A DNA stretch of 64,000 nucleotides from Eledone cirrhosa (lineage: Eukaryota): contig OZ024757.1 in NCBI GenBank assembly GCA_964016885.1, forward strand, positions 16,740,001-16,804,000, written 5' to 3'. The translations under genes and the position numbers were made by a program. Each line of letters starts with the position of its first letter. Position 1 is the stretch's first letter. This document shows, piece after piece, positions 59,835 through 64,000 of the stretch. Under the pieces are notes generated by a model. The model ran no database searches. It worked only from the letters and a program-made list of their open reading frames with translations, and was not told the origin of the DNA.

Positions 59835-60885
59835 TAATAAAATAATGAATAAACAAAGAAACAGTTCCTTATATTTAAAAAAATTCATCATTTTACGATC
59901 GTTTCTAGGATATATATGTGTTAGAGTTGGTATGCATATTCTATAGATCTATGTACAGTATTTATACAAACTATCAGAGGGAATATACATACCTACACAT
60001 ATATATGCTGTCTTCAGAAATAATGATATTTGTTTATTGAAAAAAACAAAGATTCAATACAATAGGTCTGTTTGGGAACAGGTTTTGAATTGACCAATCA
60101 GGAGATAATATATATATATTTAACAAAAACACCATGTTTTTTAATCATTCTGACGACTGAAAACAGATACATCTGCTTTCAAGAAACCACTGGTAAATGA
60201 AATAATTATCTTATGTTGTTTATTACATAACTAATACGCTCTGTAGCCTACATAGAGCACTCTTTTTCCCTGTACCTTTCCGACGGAAATACTTCATTCA
60301 CACACACACACATATATTTATATATATATATATATATATATTTAGAGAGAGAGAGAGAAAGAGGGGAGAGAGAGACAAAGATATATATATATATATGTGT
60401 GTGTGTGGGTGTGTGTATATATATAATATATATGATGATGATGACTACATTTGATAAAGTTATCCCTTCGCATCAATCTCACCCCCCCCCCCCCCATCAG
60501 CCACCACTACCACCACCAACCCTAACACCACCACCATCACCGCCCCATCATCACTACACCCAACCCTAATACCACCACTACCACCATCACCACCACCCCA
60601 TACTGTTTCAATCAAACGACGCCGCAACATTCAATTGGTTTCTCCACTAAACCTTTCCCGTGGTTATGTCTTTCATCTTCAATACATTGATCACTTCAAA
60701 TATAAAATCTACCGAAATTGCTGTTAAATTTCACTTCACACATACAACTAACTATAAACCTGTCTTCCACACTCATCTCTATTAACATTTGTTGTTATGT
60801 TAGAAGGCCGTTTACATATTCATCCGCTCATCACAAGTGTCACTGATTCTAATTGCTTGTGTGTGTGTATCTATCTATCTATCTA

Positions 60886-60936
<51 letters not shown>

Positions 60937-61049
60937 GAACCTTTAAAGTCCTTGTGGAATCTGTAAGGCCGCCGTGGTAAAACGAACGATGTATCTTGGG
61001 TTTGAACACAGTTGAATTCATCCGGAGAAAGAGAGAGTGGGAAAAAGAT

Positions 61050-61250
61050 ATAGAGGAAGAATCGATCCCAGTTCTGGATTGGTTGGTACTTTTTTTCATA
61101 TATATATATATATATATACATTATATTGTTTTTTTTCATCGACATAGAAAGGATGAAAAGTTAAGTTGATCTTGGTGGTATTTTGAACTCTGACAGCGCA
61201 GATCTGGGACGAATACCGCAGAGCATTCTATCTGATCTGACATTCTAACG
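61050..61250 (-). mobile_element. Degenerate SINE A-like copy interrupted by (TA)n
   Basis: ggtactttt...atcgac...ggatgaaaag...tttgaactc. Confidence 0.6.
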
Positions 61251-61330
61251 ACTAATTTTACATACACACATATTTATACATACAATATATACACACGCAC
61301 ACACACACACACATTAACCCTTAGCCCAGC

Positions 61331-63166
61331 ATGTTTGCGCTATACCAGCTAATGCCGTTACCAAAGTCCAGATATGCTCTGCTTCTCTTTCTTGTCACCA
61401 TCTATAGTAATAATGAGCCGTGTCATTCTGATATCTTTTTCGGAAGAAGACCCCGGCTACACCAAAGAAGGAGCTATATTAGATGTGAACCCATTACCGT
61501 AAGAATGTGTAAAGGAATGCCTTACAACACTACTGGATTCCCGAATTTTGTTCACGATCAGAACCAAGAAAGTGCCAAGAGAGGTTTAAACCAATTTTTA
61601 ATGTTAATCGATTCAAGATGTTCCCTCTATAGCCGATTTTTCCTTTGTCTTCTTTATACACCTGTATGTAATGAGAAATTCCACCTTATTTTGCCTCCCT
61701 GCCAACAAGTCTGTACGCGTGTTCAAGAAGATTGTGAAAACATGATGAATTCTTTCGGATACAAATGGCCGAAGTTTCTTAATTGCCGAAGATTTCCTTC
61801 TTCGGGACTCTGCGCCAGTCCAGATATCAAAGATCGACAGGAAACCTATTCATATTCTTCTGTGTCAGACAAAACTACATCTATACCGGAAACTACCATG
61901 TCACCGGAAACTACCCCGTCACAGAAAACTACCATGTCACCGGAAACTACCCCGTCACCGGAAACTACCCCGTCACAGGAAACGACTCCGCCTCCGATAG
62001 CTTTGCTTGAGACCACCACTAGCATCAACAACACCAATACGACCGAAGAATTATATTGTATCCCAGGACTAAGTGTATCGGCTAAACTGAATTATAAATT
62101 GGTCATCGGTAATGCCATTATCCCTAACTGCGCAGCGCCATGCGTTGGTATGATTTTCACAGAAGATCAGGTACAGTTTTCTCGACTATTTAACGGTATT
62201 TTATCGTCTCTCAGCCTCGTTCCCTGTCTCTTAATTACTCTCACATTTCTCGTCGATGTTAAACGTTTCCAATATCCACAACGAGTCGTTGTCTTCCAGT
62301 CTTGTTGCTACACAATCATTTCACTGACTTATTACTTAGCTTTCGTCTATCGAGATAAGATTGCCTGTGTTGAAGTTTCCAATCTCCGTTGCCCTCCTCA
62401 AATTATATCTGTTATCACACAAGGAAGAACAACAGTACTTTGTACTATGACGTCTATCTTAATATATTTCTTTAGCATGGCTGCTTCGGTATGGTCTGTA
62501 ATATTTGCGATGGTATGGTTCCTCGCTGCCACGAAGAAATGGTGTTCGGAGGCTATCGAATCGAAATATCTTTATTACCATACAATATCGTGGGGCATGT
62601 CTGCTGTAAAGACGTCATTTTTATTAACATATGGCTACATTGATGGAGATATTTTAAGTGGTGTATGTAACGCTGGTGCATTCAATACAGATGTCCTCAC
62701 ATATTTAGTCCTACTACCATTCGGTCTATATTTTCTCACCAGAATCCTATTTCTTGTCCCAGCTTTCATATCAATGATCAGAATCACCGCCAGAAACGAT
62801 GTACTGTGCACAAGGACTCAACAGACCTCTTACTTAATGTACCGTTTCGGGTTTTTCTCTATCGTCTCCACAATTCACGCTCTAATCGCCATCAGTACTT
62901 TGCTGTATGAGTACAGCTTCAGAGACCTCTGGTTGACAACTTGGTGGGACTCTCGTCTCAACACCAACACCACCACTGACCAGGACGCTCCACCGACCCC
63001 AGCTGCCGCTCTTAGATTGGATTACCATCCCAGCTTGGTACTGTTTATCTTCAGATATGCCGTGGTATATACTAATGCCCTTCTTCCTGCTGTTTGGTTA
63101 TGGAACAATAAAACTTGGCTCACCTGGAAGAAGATAGGGCGTGACATTCTTCGAATCTACCGTTGA
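61331..63166 (+). CDS. fzd: Frizzled-family Wnt receptor, single exon, divergent (611 aa)
   Basis: Hydrophobic signal peptide; 10-Cys CRD ([35 protein letters not shown]); 7TM motifs RFQYPQR, WFLAA..KW..EAIE and DGDILSGVC; KTxxxW motif (KTWLTW). Confidence 0.93.
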   Translation: MFALYQLMPLPKSRYALLLFLVTIYSNNEPCHSDIFFGRRPRLHQRRSYIRCEPITVRMCKGMPYNTTGFPNFVHDQNQESAKRGLNQFLMLIDSRCSLYSRFFLCLLYTPVCNEKFHLILPPCQQVCTRVQEDCENMMNSFGYKWPKFLNCRRFPSSGLCASPDIKDRQETYSYSSVSDKTTSIPETTMSPETTPSQKTTMSPETTPSPETTPSQETTPPPIALLETTTSINNTNTTEELYCIPGLSVSAKLNYKLVIGNAIIPNCAAPCVGMIFTEDQVQFSRLFNGILSSLSLVPCLLITLTFLVDVKRFQYPQRVVVFQSCCYTIISLTYYLAFVYRDKIACVEVSNLRCPPQIISVITQGRTTVLCTMTSILIYFFSMAASVWSVIFAMVWFLAATKKWCSEAIESKYLYYHTISWGMSAVKTSFLLTYGYIDGDILSGVCNAGAFNTDVLTYLVLLPFGLYFLTRILFLVPAFISMIRITARNDVLCTRTQQTSYLMYRFGFFSIVSTIHALIAISTLLYEYSFRDLWLTTWWDSRLNTNTTTDQDAPPTPAAALRLDYHPSLVLFIFRYAVVYTNALLPAVWLWNNKTWLTWKKIGRDILRIYR

Positions 63167-63250
63167 CATATATATACATATATATTTACATGCATACACA
63201 TATATATATATATACATACATACATATGCATTATGTATATATATATATAT

Positions 63251-63293
<43 letters not shown>

Positions 63294-63294
63294 C

Positions 63295-63335
<41 letters not shown>

Positions 63336-63399
63336 CATATGTATATATATATATATATATACATATACATATGTATATATATATATACATTTACATATG

Positions 63400-63489
<90 letters not shown>

Positions 63490-63606
63490 CATATGTATAT
63501 ATACATATACATATATATATATACATATGTATATATACATATACATATGTATATATACATATATATATACATATATATATATATTTATTAAAATAACAGA
63601 TTAAAG

Positions 63607-63782
<176 letters not shown>

Positions 63783-63795
63783 GAAAAGAGTCAAA

Positions 63796-63876
63796 ACCCC
63801 GACGGCTGAGCTCCGGCCGTTTCGACAGCTAGTTCGGACCTAGCTGTCGAAACGGCCGGAGCTCAGCCGTCGGGGT
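63796..63876. repeat. Family C-related palindrome
   Basis: accccgacggctgagctccggccgtttcgacagctag-ttcggac-ctagctgtcgaaacggccggagctcagccgtcggggt. Confidence 0.8.
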
Positions 63877-64000
63877 CCTAGTCATCATTAAGACCTCTCT
63901 AGGAAAAGGTCACTCTGATATAAAACTTGCGACTTCGTTATCACCCAATGATGTAGACCAGTTGTTTGGGGGTGGAGGGATGCACTCGATGTTCAGAGAG

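Overview
This is a very AT-rich, microsatellite-saturated eukaryotic window. The SINE/LINE repertoire and the (TA)n/(CA)n density suggest a coleoid cephalopod such as octopus; that is inference only. The only credible host gene is an intronless, divergent Frizzled-family 7TM receptor at 61331-63166 (+). The rest is repeat-derived: about 18 copies of a tRNA-derived SINE, a CORE-type SINE, R4/Dong and RTE LINE fragments, mariner and maT (DD37D) transposase remnants, a hAT end and several minisatellites. The main finding is about 24 type-I hammerhead ribozyme motifs (CTGANGA...GAAA, with a pairing stem I and a palindromic stem III) from roughly ten short non-coding families. Most abut (TA)n tracts, many carry fold-back inversions whose junctions fall inside the ribozyme, and two families appear as tandem or circularly permuted 553-nt and 424-nt monomers. 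This fits a TA-microsatellite-targeting Penelope-like/retrozyme system. All structures were read by eye and none were computed.
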